A DNA stretch of 64,000 bases from Promethearchaeota archaeon (GCA_016840165.1 JAEOSU010000009.1:16331-80330); one strand, 5' to 3'. Shown: positions 51,787 through 62,021, counted from the stretch's first letter. A program made the numbers and translations. The notes: generated by a model not told the origin, from the letters alone.

Positions 51787-53370
51787 TTACCACGGTCTTC
51801 GAAGAGTGGTGGGTCTACTCATCTTAGATTTTTCTGGATAATCAACATTATAGTGAATTCCACGGCTCTCCTTCCTTGAGATCGCGCTTACAATAATTAA
51901 TTTAGCAACTGTAGCAAGATTTCTTAATTCAACTAGATTTTTCTCAATCTTAAAATCCCAGTAATATTGATTAATTTCGTCAAGTAATAAATTAATCCTT
52001 TTTTTAGCTCTCTGCAATCTTAAATCTGTGCGAACAATTCCTACGTAATTCCACATAAATCTCCTTATTTCATCCCAGTTCTGGGTAATTACTACAGCTT
52101 CTGTCGATGGTACCGCATGTCCTGGTTCCCATTCTTTGAATTCATATATTTTAAGATCTTTAACCCTTTTAGAAAGAGTTTTAGCGCATTCATGTGCACA
52201 GACTAAACCTTCTAATAGAGAATTGGAAGCTAATCGATTAGCTCCATGTAATCCTGTACAAGAAGACTCTCCAATAACATAGAGATTTTTAACTTTTGTT
52301 GATCCGTCTAGCTTCACTAATACTCCTCCACAGCTATAGTGAGCTGCAGGTACAACGGGTATAGGTTCTTGAGTAATATCAATATTAAACTGCTTACATT
52401 GCTCATATACGTTTGGGAAATGTTTTTTGATATAATCTGAACTTTGATATGATGCAATATCTAATAAAACATGATCATCTCCAGTACGTTTTAGTTCGGA
52501 ATCTATAGCACGTGATACGATATCGCGTGGTGCTAGTTCTTTGAGAGGGTGATATTTTTCCATGAATTCATTACCTTTAATATCTTTTAGAATAGCACCT
52601 TCTCCTCTCATGGCTTCTGTTATTAAAAAGGATTTCGCAAAAGGGTGATATAAACAAGTTGGGTGAAATTGATAAAACTCCATATTGGCAATTATCGCAC
52701 CAGCACGATATGCCATTGCAATTCCATCCCCAGATGCAATATCGGGATTTGTTGTATATAAGTATATCTTTCCTGCTCCACCAGTAGCCAAAATAGTCGC
52801 TTTAGCAGAAATATTATAAATTTCTTCACTTTCTTGATCTAATACATAAGCACCATCACACCTAAAATTATTACAGAATAGATTAATAGCGCAAAAATTT
52901 TCTCTAATTTGAATATTTGAAAATTGTTTGATTTTTTCAATTAGTGTAAGTTCAACACTTTGCCCCGTTAAATCATTTACATGGAGAATTCTTCTTTGCG
53001 AATGCCCTCCCTCTTTACCAAGATCATAATCTCCATCATCCTTCCTTGTAAATTGAATTCCCATCTCAATTAATTTATGAATCCTTTCAGGGGCTTTTGT
53101 TATAATCGTCCTCACAACCTCTTCATTACAAAGCCCATCACCCGAGATAATTGTATCTTGCACATGCTTCTCAAAACTATCATTTTCATCCCATACACAT
53201 GCAATACCACCTTGAGCGTAGTATGTATTACATTCTTTCAAATTCTCCTTTGTAATCAATAGAATTTCTTCTTCAGGAAGTAATTCTGCTAGCTCGATTG
53301 CTAAGGATAATCCCGATACCCCGCCTCCAATAATTAAAAAATCAGTTTTAAGCTTGAGAGAAATGGTTAT
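51787..53370 (-). CDS. nadB: L-aspartate oxidase; N-terminus extends to ATA 53370 (ORF-track start 53259)
   Basis: The in-frame upstream sequence TDFLIIGGGVSGLSLA contains the FAD-binding motif. Also YAQGGIA, EGGHS, QFHPT, TEAMRGEG, HGANRLASNSLLE, ESRG. Confidence 0.93.
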   Translation of the reverse strand: MTISLKLKTDFLIIGGGVSGLSLAIELAELLPEEEILLITKENLKECNTYYAQGGIACVWDENDSFEKHVQDTIISGDGLCNEEVVRTIITKAPERIHKLIEMGIQFTRKDDGDYDLGKEGGHSQRRILHVNDLTGQSVELTLIEKIKQFSNIQIRENFCAINLFCNNFRCDGAYVLDQESEEIYNISAKATILATGGAGKIYLYTTNPDIASGDGIAMAYRAGAIIANMEFYQFHPTCLYHPFAKSFLITEAMRGEGAILKDIKGNEFMEKYHPLKELAPRDIVSRAIDSELKRTGDDHVLLDIASYQSSDYIKKHFPNVYEQCKQFNIDITQEPIPVVPAAHYSCGGVLVKLDGSTKVKNLYVIGESSCTGLHGANRLASNSLLEGLVCAHECAKTLSKRVKDLKIYEFKEWEPGHAVPSTEAVVITQNWDEIRRFMWNYVGIVRTDLRLQRAKKRINLLLDEINQYYWDFKIEKNLVELRNLATVAKLIIVSAISRKESRGIHYNVDYPEKSKMSRPTTLRRPW

Positions 53371-53487
53371 TCAAACCCCATACTTTTACAAAAATATCTT
53401 AAAATAGCAAAATGAAATTATTATTTTATATCTTGTTGAATAAAGTCAAAATTCTTTTTTTGAATTGATCCTTTAAAAATTTAAAAT

Positions 53488-53982
53488 ATGTCGAAAATTA
53501 GAAAAGTGTTATTTTTATGTAGTGGAAATACGTGCAGATCTCCTTTCGCAGAATGTTATGCTAAATTTTTAAAACAAACTAAATATAAATATGATTTGAA
53601 AGATGTAGAGTTTGATTCTGCTGGATTATATCACTACTATGAGCAACCACAGCAAGGAACAATTGAATATTTGAAATCAAAGGGAATAGAAGTAAATAAT
53701 TTTGAAGCTAAAGAAGTAGATGAAGAGCTTATTAAAAAACAAGATATAATTTTAGGTTTTGAGAAAAAATGGCATGTAAACAAATTAAAAAGAAGATTTA
53801 AATCCATAAAAAATCTTGGAAGTAAAACATATCTTCTTAGGGAATATGCAGGATTTAAGAATGATTTAGAAATCCCTGATCCCTTCTATTTAAAGGAGGA
53901 AGAGTATAACACAATTCTTAAAAAAATCGAAGAGTCAGTGGAAGAAATATTAAAAAAGATTATTAGTTTAAATAAAAGATAA
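53488..53982 (+). CDS. Low-molecular-weight protein phosphatase (LMW-PTP/ArsC family)
   Basis: FLCSGNTCRS, DSAG, IPDPF. Confidence 0.92.
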   Translation: MSKIRKVLFLCSGNTCRSPFAECYAKFLKQTKYKYDLKDVEFDSAGLYHYYEQPQQGTIEYLKSKGIEVNNFEAKEVDEELIKKQDIILGFEKKWHVNKLKRRFKSIKNLGSKTYLLREYAGFKNDLEIPDPFYLKEEEYNTILKKIEESVEEILKKIISLNKR

Positions 53983-53985
53983 CCT

Positions 53986-55620
53986 TTACCTCTCAAATAC
54001 GGCAGCATATTTCTGATTAAAATATTTTTCAACTAAATACTTAGTATCTTCATAAGGTGAGACATTTCCAGTAAAATCTTTAAGGACTTTTTCAAATTGT
54101 GTTCCAAATTCCTTTGAAAAGGCATCAAGCTTTTTTATTAAAACTGGTAGGTCCATTGAGGCTATTAATGTAGCTACATGATATTTTCCATATGAAAAGT
54201 ATAAGTATACTCCTTCTTTATCAATTTTTCTTAACCATTTTTTACTCTGGGTAATTTCAGATATAATTTTCAATACTCCAGTTAAGGCCCCTGAGATAAC
54301 ATTTTCATCTAATTTTGAAGGTAAACATTGATCCTGTATCTTAAATTTGTGATCATATAAACATACACTACCTTTATGGAACACTAAAAGAGAAATAACA
54401 TTTGAAGCCCAATCTTTTTCTTTAGAAATTAAAATCTCTTTCATTGCCATCATCCAAATCAATAATAACACTAATAAGAATGAATTTAGTCTATTTGGAA
54501 AATCGGGAATGATAATATTCAATTCTGGATATATTAAATAGAGATAATTTAACGTTCGACTAAAAATAAATCCTAATATCACACCAAAGAAAACCAAAGA
54601 AATGAAAACAGCGTTAATTCGTCCCCTATACTGTATATTTTCTCTTTCTGTTGAAAAATCCCCTGAAATTGTAAATATAGCTAGTAAAAGTGGCGCTAAT
54701 GAAAAAGCATAGTGAATTGACAGGAAGATTTCACGAGGTAATCCAAAAATGGTGAGCTCATCAATATAGGAGCCATAACTGATGAGAAAAAAAGATAATA
54801 CGAGTATTCCTAGTACAATCGATATCTTTCTACCGATATTATCTAAAAAACAACCAGCAGCTATAAGATACAATAAAGTGGCTATAGAAAAAACTATTAG
54901 ATTTATATAAAGAGTAAATCTGGCAACTAAATCACCCAGTATAAAGCTTAAAACGAAAAACGAAGAAGAATACCTAAAGAAATGTTTTTCAAATATAATA
55001 TCAAAAAATCTTGTTTTTGACTCTTCTGGAGTCTTGGCTTCAATATAAGGATTTAACTTTGAAATCCTATGAATAAGATATAAAATTAGAATCATAAAAA
55101 TAAAAAATATATTATAAAGAATCTCAATATATGCGAATAATAAACTAATCACACTAGAACCTATACAAATTATTAATAAATAAGCAGTTATCCGTCCTCG
55201 ATTTAAAATAGTTGTATAATGAATTAATAGGGAAAACCATAATGAAGTTAGTTGCGTTAAACCAAGGAGGACAATCAAAATTCCAAAATGGTCAAAGAAT
55301 GTGTTTTTAAATATACTCAAAAACAAGCCAGCTATACATATAATGAATGTAATTTTGAAATTTCTAGTTTTATTCGCTATTCGATCCACTAAATACCCTG
55401 AAATTAGAAACCCAAAAGCTACTATAAACAGAGCTAAGATTATTTCAAATTCTAACATACCTGTCATTTCATTAAGTATAACATACCTCAATACAGTTAC
55501 TTCTACCATTAAAATTAAAGCAAATAAAGTTATAAACAAGTATAATAAAGATCTTTTAGAGATGTCTATATCCCTAATAAAAGTATTAATGAATCGAGCT
55601 TTAATTGTTCTTTTTTTCAT
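53986..55620 (-). CDS. MFS-fold multipass membrane protein fused to a C-terminal longin domain
   Basis: About 12 TMs with GYLVDRI and FLDNIGRK motif-A loops. Longin: SLLVFHKGSVCLY...DENVISGALTGV...FTGNVSPY. Confidence 0.78.
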   Translation of the reverse strand: MKKRTIKARFINTFIRDIDISKRSLLYLFITLFALILMVEVTVLRYVILNEMTGMLEFEIILALFIVAFGFLISGYLVDRIANKTRNFKITFIICIAGLFLSIFKNTFFDHFGILIVLLGLTQLTSLWFSLLIHYTTILNRGRITAYLLIICIGSSVISLLFAYIEILYNIFFIFMILILYLIHRISKLNPYIEAKTPEESKTRFFDIIFEKHFFRYSSSFFVLSFILGDLVARFTLYINLIVFSIATLLYLIAAGCFLDNIGRKISIVLGILVLSFFLISYGSYIDELTIFGLPREIFLSIHYAFSLAPLLLAIFTISGDFSTERENIQYRGRINAVFISLVFFGVILGFIFSRTLNYLYLIYPELNIIIPDFPNRLNSFLLVLLLIWMMAMKEILISKEKDWASNVISLLVFHKGSVCLYDHKFKIQDQCLPSKLDENVISGALTGVLKIISEITQSKKWLRKIDKEGVYLYFSYGKYHVATLIASMDLPVLIKKLDAFSKEFGTQFEKVLKDFTGNVSPYEDTKYLVEKYFNQKYAAVFER

Positions 55621-55769
55621 TATAGACCACCATTAGGATTTCAACAAATAGATCTGTATTTGTATAAATTTAATTATATGCTATGAACATTTACATTTCT
55701 GTAAATGCAAATCCAACATTAATTCTTTTATATAATATCTCATAAATAATTCGCGATATTTTTAATAAA

Positions 55770-56264
55770 ATGTTTACATTATTAAGTCCACTGATGAATA
55801 TTAAGAAGATTCTTTTTGTTTGTTTAGGGAATACAGCAAGAAGTCCCGCAGCAGAATATTTAGCTCGATATTATACTACAAAATATGACCTTAATATGGA
55901 GTTCAAAAGTGCAGGATTCATGAATGCCTTCTCCTATATGCAATCTGAATCACGAGAATATTTAGATTCAAAGGGCATTTCTCATGATGATTTTAGACCG
56001 CAATTGATAACTCGTGAATTGCTTAAAAAGCAAGATTTAATCCTTACCATGGAAAATGCACATAAACAAGATATTTTGGCTAATTATGATAATATTCCTG
56101 ATATTCAAAACAAAGTTTTTACTCTTAAAGAATTTAATGAGGAAAAAAATGATATTGATATTATAGATCCCTATTATACGTCAAAAAAGACATATCAAAA
56201 GGTTCTTGAAACCATCGATGAGAATATTGAAAAAGCATTAAAAAAAATAGCGAAAATTGATTAA
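55770..56264 (+). CDS. Low-molecular-weight protein phosphatase (LMW-PTP family)
   Basis: FVCLGNTARS, SAG, DLILTME, IIDPYY. Confidence 0.92.
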   Translation: MFTLLSPLMNIKKILFVCLGNTARSPAAEYLARYYTTKYDLNMEFKSAGFMNAFSYMQSESREYLDSKGISHDDFRPQLITRELLKKQDLILTMENAHKQDILANYDNIPDIQNKVFTLKEFNEEKNDIDIIDPYYTSKKTYQKVLETIDENIEKALKKIAKID

Positions 56265-56326
56265 TTAAGGAGATTAAATTATTTTAAAGTAAAAATATAA
56301 ATACTATTTCATTGAGTAGATAGGTA

Positions 56327-56851
56327 ATGAATGAGATAACAATTAAACATACTGTTATCGAACTTTTTATAGGGGATTTAACCCAAACGGATCATGATGC
56401 TATTGTAATTCCGAGTAACTCACGTCTTCTTCCAAGTGGAGAATTAAGATGCAAAGTTATAAGAGAAGCTGGCCCAAAAGTTCAAGTAGAATGCAACGTT
56501 ATTGCCCAGAAGATTTCTAATGTTCCAGTTGGAAGTGCGGTGATTACTTCAGGAGGAAATCTAAATACTCGTTATATTATACATACACGAGCAGGTTATG
56601 ATGGAAAAAAACTAGTATTTGCTACTTGGAATAGCTTAAAAACCGCCGATAAACATAATGTTAAATCTTTAGTATTTCCTCCCCTTTTGAAAGATGTAAT
56701 TGGATTTTCAGCTGAAAAGAGTAGCCAGTTTATGCTTCCTACCATTAAAAAATATCTTATTGAAAAGAATAGCAATATTAAAAATATCTCCGTTTGTTTA
56801 GAAACATTACCTGATTATAAAGCATTTGAGAAAGTATTAGACACTCTTTAA
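56327..56851 (+). CDS. Macro domain protein, divergent
   Basis: GDLT...DAIV, AVITSGGNL...YIIH, SLVFP; the NAAN/GGG motifs are replaced by PSNSRLLPSGE. Confidence 0.82.
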   Translation: MNEITIKHTVIELFIGDLTQTDHDAIVIPSNSRLLPSGELRCKVIREAGPKVQVECNVIAQKISNVPVGSAVITSGGNLNTRYIIHTRAGYDGKKLVFATWNSLKTADKHNVKSLVFPPLLKDVIGFSAEKSSQFMLPTIKKYLIEKNSNIKNISVCLETLPDYKAFEKVLDTL

Positions 56852-56972
56852 TTACAATTATTGAACATTTCTTATATCCTTTTTTTTGAATATTAAATTA
56901 TTTAAGCTTTCTGTTCATTATTTATTCATTATAACAGATTGTATTTTCACGACTGGGAATGTGGATTAAACT

Positions 56973-57494
56973 GTGGGTATTGAAGAAATAAATGAAATGA
57001 TTAAAAATGATCCTTCACAAATCAACTCTTTAAAGGGTTTTGAGATTATTTGTGAGTCAATGGTCTATAAGATATTGGATTTATTCGGTAAAAATGCATT
57101 ACTTTCTATGCTTTTTCAGATTGGAGCGGGTCCGGGGGAAATGATTGCGAAAAGGATCAAGGAAGATTATCAAAGAGAAGATTTTGAAATTCTTGAAGCT
57201 CTTATTGTTCTGATGAGGGAACTCAAAGAATATTACTCCCTGAAAATAAGGAGCGCAGAAGAAGATGATGAAAAAGTAGTATTGATTCTTGAAAATCAAT
57301 GTTTTCTAAGAGAACCCATCAAACATCGAAATAAATTGCAGTACGGAAAGGCGTTTTGTAGGGTCAATAAAGGTTATTTTGAAACCGCGTTAAAGATTTT
57401 AATCGGACATAAAATACGCAAAATTGATATTAAGTTTCTTCATAATGATGAAGAGAAGGATGTTTGTGTTGAAGAACTGATTTTTTATAAATAA
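56973..57494 (+). CDS. V4R/Bet3(TRAPP)-fold-like protein
   Basis: LFQIGAGPGE, LENQCFLR, FCRVNKGYFE, C-terminal CVEEL. Confidence 0.65.
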   Translation: MGIEEINEMIKNDPSQINSLKGFEIICESMVYKILDLFGKNALLSMLFQIGAGPGEMIAKRIKEDYQREDFEILEALIVLMRELKEYYSLKIRSAEEDDEKVVLILENQCFLREPIKHRNKLQYGKAFCRVNKGYFETALKILIGHKIRKIDIKFLHNDEEKDVCVEELIFYK

Positions 57495-57551
57495 CTAAAA
57501 ACATTTATAGAAAGGAAAGAAATTAATTTAAATAAAAAAACTTAGAAAAAG

Positions 57552-58676
57552 TTAGCATTTCTCTGGATTTAATCGGCAAAAACGCAATGAAGAAATTAAT
57601 TCACCCTTTCCGATAAAACCAAGAACATAATCGTCTGATTCATCTCTTACAACAACCAAGTTAGGCTCATTTTGAAGTCTCAATAGGTTTTTAAGCGCAT
57701 CTTTTCCACTATCTTTATCTGAGATTGAAGGAAATTCGTTTATCGATCGCATTAGATATCCAACTATAAACTTATTTCTCCTTTCAACCGGTATATTCTT
57801 GATATCATCAATATGGAGCACTCCTTCAATTTGCCCATTTCTTACTACAGGAAAGAAATCCTTTTTATAGACCATAAAATAATGTTTTAATGCTTCTTCA
57901 ACTGTGAGGTTAAAGGGAATTTCTAATCGAGGCATATTTATTATATCTTTAACATTAAGTTTCGCTAAAGTCAATTCATTAACAGTTTGAATATAGGCTT
58001 GTTTGGTTTGATTATTTAAAAATGAACCAATAATTATCAACCAAAATCCGTTTAAAAAACCAAATAAGAATATCTCTAGAAGACCATAAGCCATCAATCC
58101 ATAAGCAAAGAAACTACCAATTCGAGATGCAGTTCTTGTGGCAGAAACTATATCTTTTCTTCTATACCACAGATATGCTCGTAATATTCTTCCTCCATCA
58201 ACAGGGAATGCTGGCAGTAAATTGAATAAACCTAATCCAATGTTTGAAATACCTGAATAAAGTAATGTTACCGTTAATATTACAGGTAATGGAATTGGAA
58301 TTCCAAAAACAATTAATAAAAAGATACCCCCGAGCAGTAGACTAGATAATGGTCCGACAATTGTAATAAGAATTTCACTCTTAGGCGTTTTTGGTTCTTC
58401 CTCTATTTTTGAGGCTCCACCAAATAAATATAACTCAATTTCGGATACTTTTAAGCCATATTTTTGAGCAACAGCAGAGTGCGCGATTTCATGGACTAAG
58501 ATCGACCCTAGAATAACTAGACCATTAATCAACCCAACTACGATTAAGTCAAGAATTGTTGCTCCCAAAACTATAGTGGCATAAAAGTTTGCTGCATAAA
58601 AACCGACTAAACCAACGATTAAAAATGTACTCAAGCTAATCTTTATATCAAAACCATAAATTTTTGCAATTTTCAT
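57552..58676 (-). CDS. Site-2 protease (M50) with a CBS pair
   Basis: HEIAH, LFGG, GP, NLLPAFPVDGGR; C-terminal CBS repeats. Confidence 0.93.
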   Translation of the reverse strand: MKIAKIYGFDIKISLSTFLIVGLVGFYAANFYATIVLGATILDLIVVGLINGLVILGSILVHEIAHSAVAQKYGLKVSEIELYLFGGASKIEEEPKTPKSEILITIVGPLSSLLLGGIFLLIVFGIPIPLPVILTVTLLYSGISNIGLGLFNLLPAFPVDGGRILRAYLWYRRKDIVSATRTASRIGSFFAYGLMAYGLLEIFLFGFLNGFWLIIIGSFLNNQTKQAYIQTVNELTLAKLNVKDIINMPRLEIPFNLTVEEALKHYFMVYKKDFFPVVRNGQIEGVLHIDDIKNIPVERRNKFIVGYLMRSINEFPSISDKDSGKDALKNLLRLQNEPNLVVVRDESDDYVLGFIGKGELISSLRFCRLNPEKC

Positions 58677-59026
58677 ACTTTTTACCTCATAATTATTGAA
58701 TTCTATTTACTCATACTAATATGAAATCAACCCCCTCAATTGACTTCTACGTATATGATACCAATTTAGGTTTAAATTTGTTTAGATTAATAATTCAAAT
58801 CGATTGAGGCATTCATATTATATTTTTTAAGAGATTTGGGAGATTAGGTTTTATTTAAAAACTTAGATCAGAGCCTATTTTTAGTAAATTTCTTACTTTT
58901 CTTATGGAATTAGTTCATTAATGTATTGCTTTTAGAAAATGAAATGTTAAAATTAAAAAAAAAGATATGATTTACTTATTTGTTACTAAAAATCTTAATA
59001 AAAATTCAATGAGGATGAAAATAAAA

Positions 59027-60214
59027 ATGGTAGACGTTAAAAATATATTAGTTCTTGGTGCGGGATTAATGGGCAGTGGAATTGCTCAAGTTTCGCTTAT
59101 GGCAGGTTATAATGTGAAACTCGTTGATGTTAAAGATGAATTTGTAGATAGTGGTTATGCAAAAATCGAAGAAGGATTGAAAAAACTCGAATCAAAAAAT
59201 GCTCTAGGTGAAGGAGTAACTGCTGCTGATCTTTTAGCAAGATGTGGAAAATCGATTGATTTAGCTTCAGCTGTAAAAGATGCTGATTTTGTCATTGAAG
59301 CCGTAATAGAAAAAATGGATGTTAAAAAGCAAGTTTGCAAAACTGTTATGGATAATGGACCTTCTCACGTGATCTTTGCGTCAAATACGTCAACAATGAG
59401 TATAACGGAAATTGGAAAAGATTCTGGTGCACCAGAACGAGTATGCGGTATGCATTTTTTTAATCCTGTGCCGTTAATGAGATGTATAGAAGTAATCAAA
59501 GGCGAGTCTACTTCCGATGATACATTCAATATTGCTATGGATGTAGCAGGAAAATTACCGTGTTTGAGAGGAGACAGATATATTGCTCCTGTATTAAAAG
59601 ATCGACCTGGATTCATTGTAAATCGAATGAACGCTCCAGTAATAATTTATCTCCACTGGGCATTTGATGAAGCAAAAAAACGTGGTATCCCTTGGGAACG
59701 TTTAGATGCGGATGCTGGTGGTAAAATGCCAATGCCCCCTTGTGTTTTGACAGATTTTACCGGTATTGACACAAACTATCATATTATGAATTATTATAAA
59801 GAAACCCTCTCTCCTGATTTTGAACCCGGAGAAGTCATAACAGAATTAAATGAAAAAGGAGATTTAGGGCAAAAAACTGGAAAGGGATTCTACGATTGGA
59901 GTCAAGGAAGAGATGCAATAATGGTGAAAATCAAACAAGCAGAAGCTGCAGGTATATTCAATTTGAATACACTTTTTGCCATCATGCTAAACGAAGGTTG
60001 TCGCATCTTGGATGAGGGTATTGCTAGTGGTTTTAAAGTGATTGATGATGCAAATATGGCAGGTATGAATGCTCCTGGTCCTTTTGGTGCTGGAAAAAAG
60101 AACTATGAAGCATGGGCCAAAGTATTAGAAGAAGTAGCAGACAAAACAGGTAAAGAATATCTCAGACCAATTGAATTAATGAGGTCAGGCGCATTTACAA
60201 AAATGCGAAAATAA
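59027..60214 (+). CDS. 3-hydroxyacyl-CoA dehydrogenase (ORF-track start 58967; likely ATG 59027)
   Basis: GAGLMGSGIA, IEAVIE, ASNTST, GMHFFNP, PGFIVNR, GQKTGKGFY. Confidence 0.93.
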   Translation: MVDVKNILVLGAGLMGSGIAQVSLMAGYNVKLVDVKDEFVDSGYAKIEEGLKKLESKNALGEGVTAADLLARCGKSIDLASAVKDADFVIEAVIEKMDVKKQVCKTVMDNGPSHVIFASNTSTMSITEIGKDSGAPERVCGMHFFNPVPLMRCIEVIKGESTSDDTFNIAMDVAGKLPCLRGDRYIAPVLKDRPGFIVNRMNAPVIIYLHWAFDEAKKRGIPWERLDADAGGKMPMPPCVLTDFTGIDTNYHIMNYYKETLSPDFEPGEVITELNEKGDLGQKTGKGFYDWSQGRDAIMVKIKQAEAAGIFNLNTLFAIMLNEGCRILDEGIASGFKVIDDANMAGMNAPGPFGAGKKNYEAWAKVLEEVADKTGKEYLRPIELMRSGAFTKMRK

Positions 60215-60419
60215 TTAGTAAATTACCCCTATTAATTTTTCTTTTTTTTATTCATGATTTTAATTTTTAAAAAATTGATGATCTAATTTTTAAATACTAC
60301 ATGATAGAAATTTTTAAAACTTTTTAATTTCTAAAAAACTATTACTAATTAATCTAAATTAGCTTAATTAAAAGGCAAATTTAATTAAAAAATAGCAAAT
60401 TTTTGAAGGATGTATTAAA

Positions 60420-61373
60420 ATGTCTGAAGTACCAAAATTTGAACATATAAAAATTGAATGGCCAACTGTAAAAGATGACGATGGAAATGTTATACGAGAG
60501 GGTACTATTGATGGTAATTATGCAGTAATATCAATCAATAGACCAGATAGACTAAACGCATTGACAGAGCAAACAGTCCATGAGATCTCTGAAGCACTTA
60601 AAATGATGGAACTTGATAGCTCTGTTCGAGCAGCGGTTTTAAGAGGAACAAAAGATTTTACTAAAAAACCTGCGTTTTCTGCTGGAGCGGACCTCGCAGC
60701 TATGGTGGATCCTCGACTCAAAATGAATGTTCCAATGCATATGAGTATCGCAATGAGAACTCGACATAGAGACTATGATAATATAGAACAATTTCATAAA
60801 CCACTTATCGCTGCCGTTGATGGTTTTGCCTTAGGAGGAGGATTTGAGTTAGTTTTAGCTTGTGATATTGTGATTGCTAGCGATAGAGCTATCTTTGGCA
60901 CACCTGAAATTCATCGTGGAATATTCTCTGCAAATGGAGGCGTCACCAGATTGGCTGAAAGAATTGGAGTCAATAGATCCTTACGTGTTGGTTATTTTGG
61001 AGAGAATTTTGACGCAAAAACTATGATGGATTGGGGTTTAGTGACCTGGATGGCTCCCGCGGGTGAGGAATTTGAAAAATTGGTTCATGAAAAGGCAAAA
61101 TGGTTAGGAGATGCACCAACAACTGCCCTCTTTATTATTAAAAAATGTGTGAAATTTGGCACCCGTTATCCCGAATTAGGAATCCTCATGGAACAACTTG
61201 GCTTTGGAGTCAATAGTGCAAGTTTTGACTCAAAGGAAGGAGTTGCGGCATTTAACAGAAAAGTTCGTTGTCCAGTTTGTGGTGGTAAAGGAAAGATGGA
61301 AGATGGAAGCGAATGTCCCAATTGTAAAGGACGTAAACGAATTAAAGATACCCCTCATTTCAAAGGAATTTAG
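60420..61373 (+). CDS. Enoyl-CoA hydratase/isomerase with an inserted DnaJ-type zinc finger
   Basis: NRPDRLNAL, FSAGADL, KPLIAAVDGFALGGGFE, PEI; CPVCGGKG...CPNCKG. Confidence 0.9.
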   Translation: MSEVPKFEHIKIEWPTVKDDDGNVIREGTIDGNYAVISINRPDRLNALTEQTVHEISEALKMMELDSSVRAAVLRGTKDFTKKPAFSAGADLAAMVDPRLKMNVPMHMSIAMRTRHRDYDNIEQFHKPLIAAVDGFALGGGFELVLACDIVIASDRAIFGTPEIHRGIFSANGGVTRLAERIGVNRSLRVGYFGENFDAKTMMDWGLVTWMAPAGEEFEKLVHEKAKWLGDAPTTALFIIKKCVKFGTRYPELGILMEQLGFGVNSASFDSKEGVAAFNRKVRCPVCGGKGKMEDGSECPNCKGRKRIKDTPHFKGI

Positions 61374-61466
61374 ATGAATATCTATACCTAAATATCTTTT
61401 TTTCTTTTTATTAGTACTAAACCTATAGTTTTAAAATAGAAGTATTACTTTTGCAAATTACAAAAA

Positions 61467-62021
61467 ATGTTTCGAAACGTTGACATAGTTGAAGAAATAA
61501 ACGACAAAAATCTTTATCTTCGAAAAATCTCCAAAGATGATTCCTTCTTTCTATTTGAAAGTCTAAAAGATAAAAGAACCACACATTTTTTATCTTTAGG
61601 TCCCTTAAAAACATTAGAGACTTCTAAAAAGTTGATAAAAGGCTATTTAAAATCATGGGTTAAATACCTTCAGTTTAACTATATAATTGAGCTCCGAGAG
61701 AGTAAAATTACTAAAAAAATTGGTTCGATAAGTATCTGGAATATAAGTTGGTATCATCGGAGAGCAGATATCGGCATATGGATATTGCCTGATTTTTGGA
61801 ATAAAGGGATTGGAAAAAGAGCTCTCATACTAATAAAAAATATTTCATTTTTTCATTTGAATCTTCACAGAATTGAAGCACATATCGCAATCGATAATAT
61901 ACGTTCGATTAATCTCTTTAAAACTTTACAGTTTGTAGAAGAAGGTATTTTGAATGAATATTTATATTTAGATGGAAGATATTCCAATGCAGTATTACTG
62001 GCTTGCCTGAATGGGTCGTGA
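61467..62021 (+). CDS. RimJ/RimL-type GNAT acetyltransferase
   Basis: RADIGIWI.PDFWNKGIG, NIRSINLFKTLQF.EEG. Confidence 0.9.
   Translation: MFRNVDIVEEINDKNLYLRKISKDDSFFLFESLKDKRTTHFLSLGPLKTLETSKKLIKGYLKSWVKYLQFNYIIELRESKITKKIGSISIWNISWYHRRADIGIWILPDFWNKGIGKRALILIKNISFFHLNLHRIEAHIAIDNIRSINLFKTLQFVEEGILNEYLYLDGRYSNAVLLACLNGS

Noticed and set aside
53371-53373. Selenocysteine or stop read-through at the TGA upstream of nadB (and at 31941)
   Set aside because: The stops lie before the start of the conserved domains, so read-through is not needed.
58734-58809. SECIS element (ATGA...GA within a hairpin)
   Set aside because: The apical loop lacks the conserved AA, the geometry is off, and I found no nearby gene with an in-frame TGA at a Cys position.
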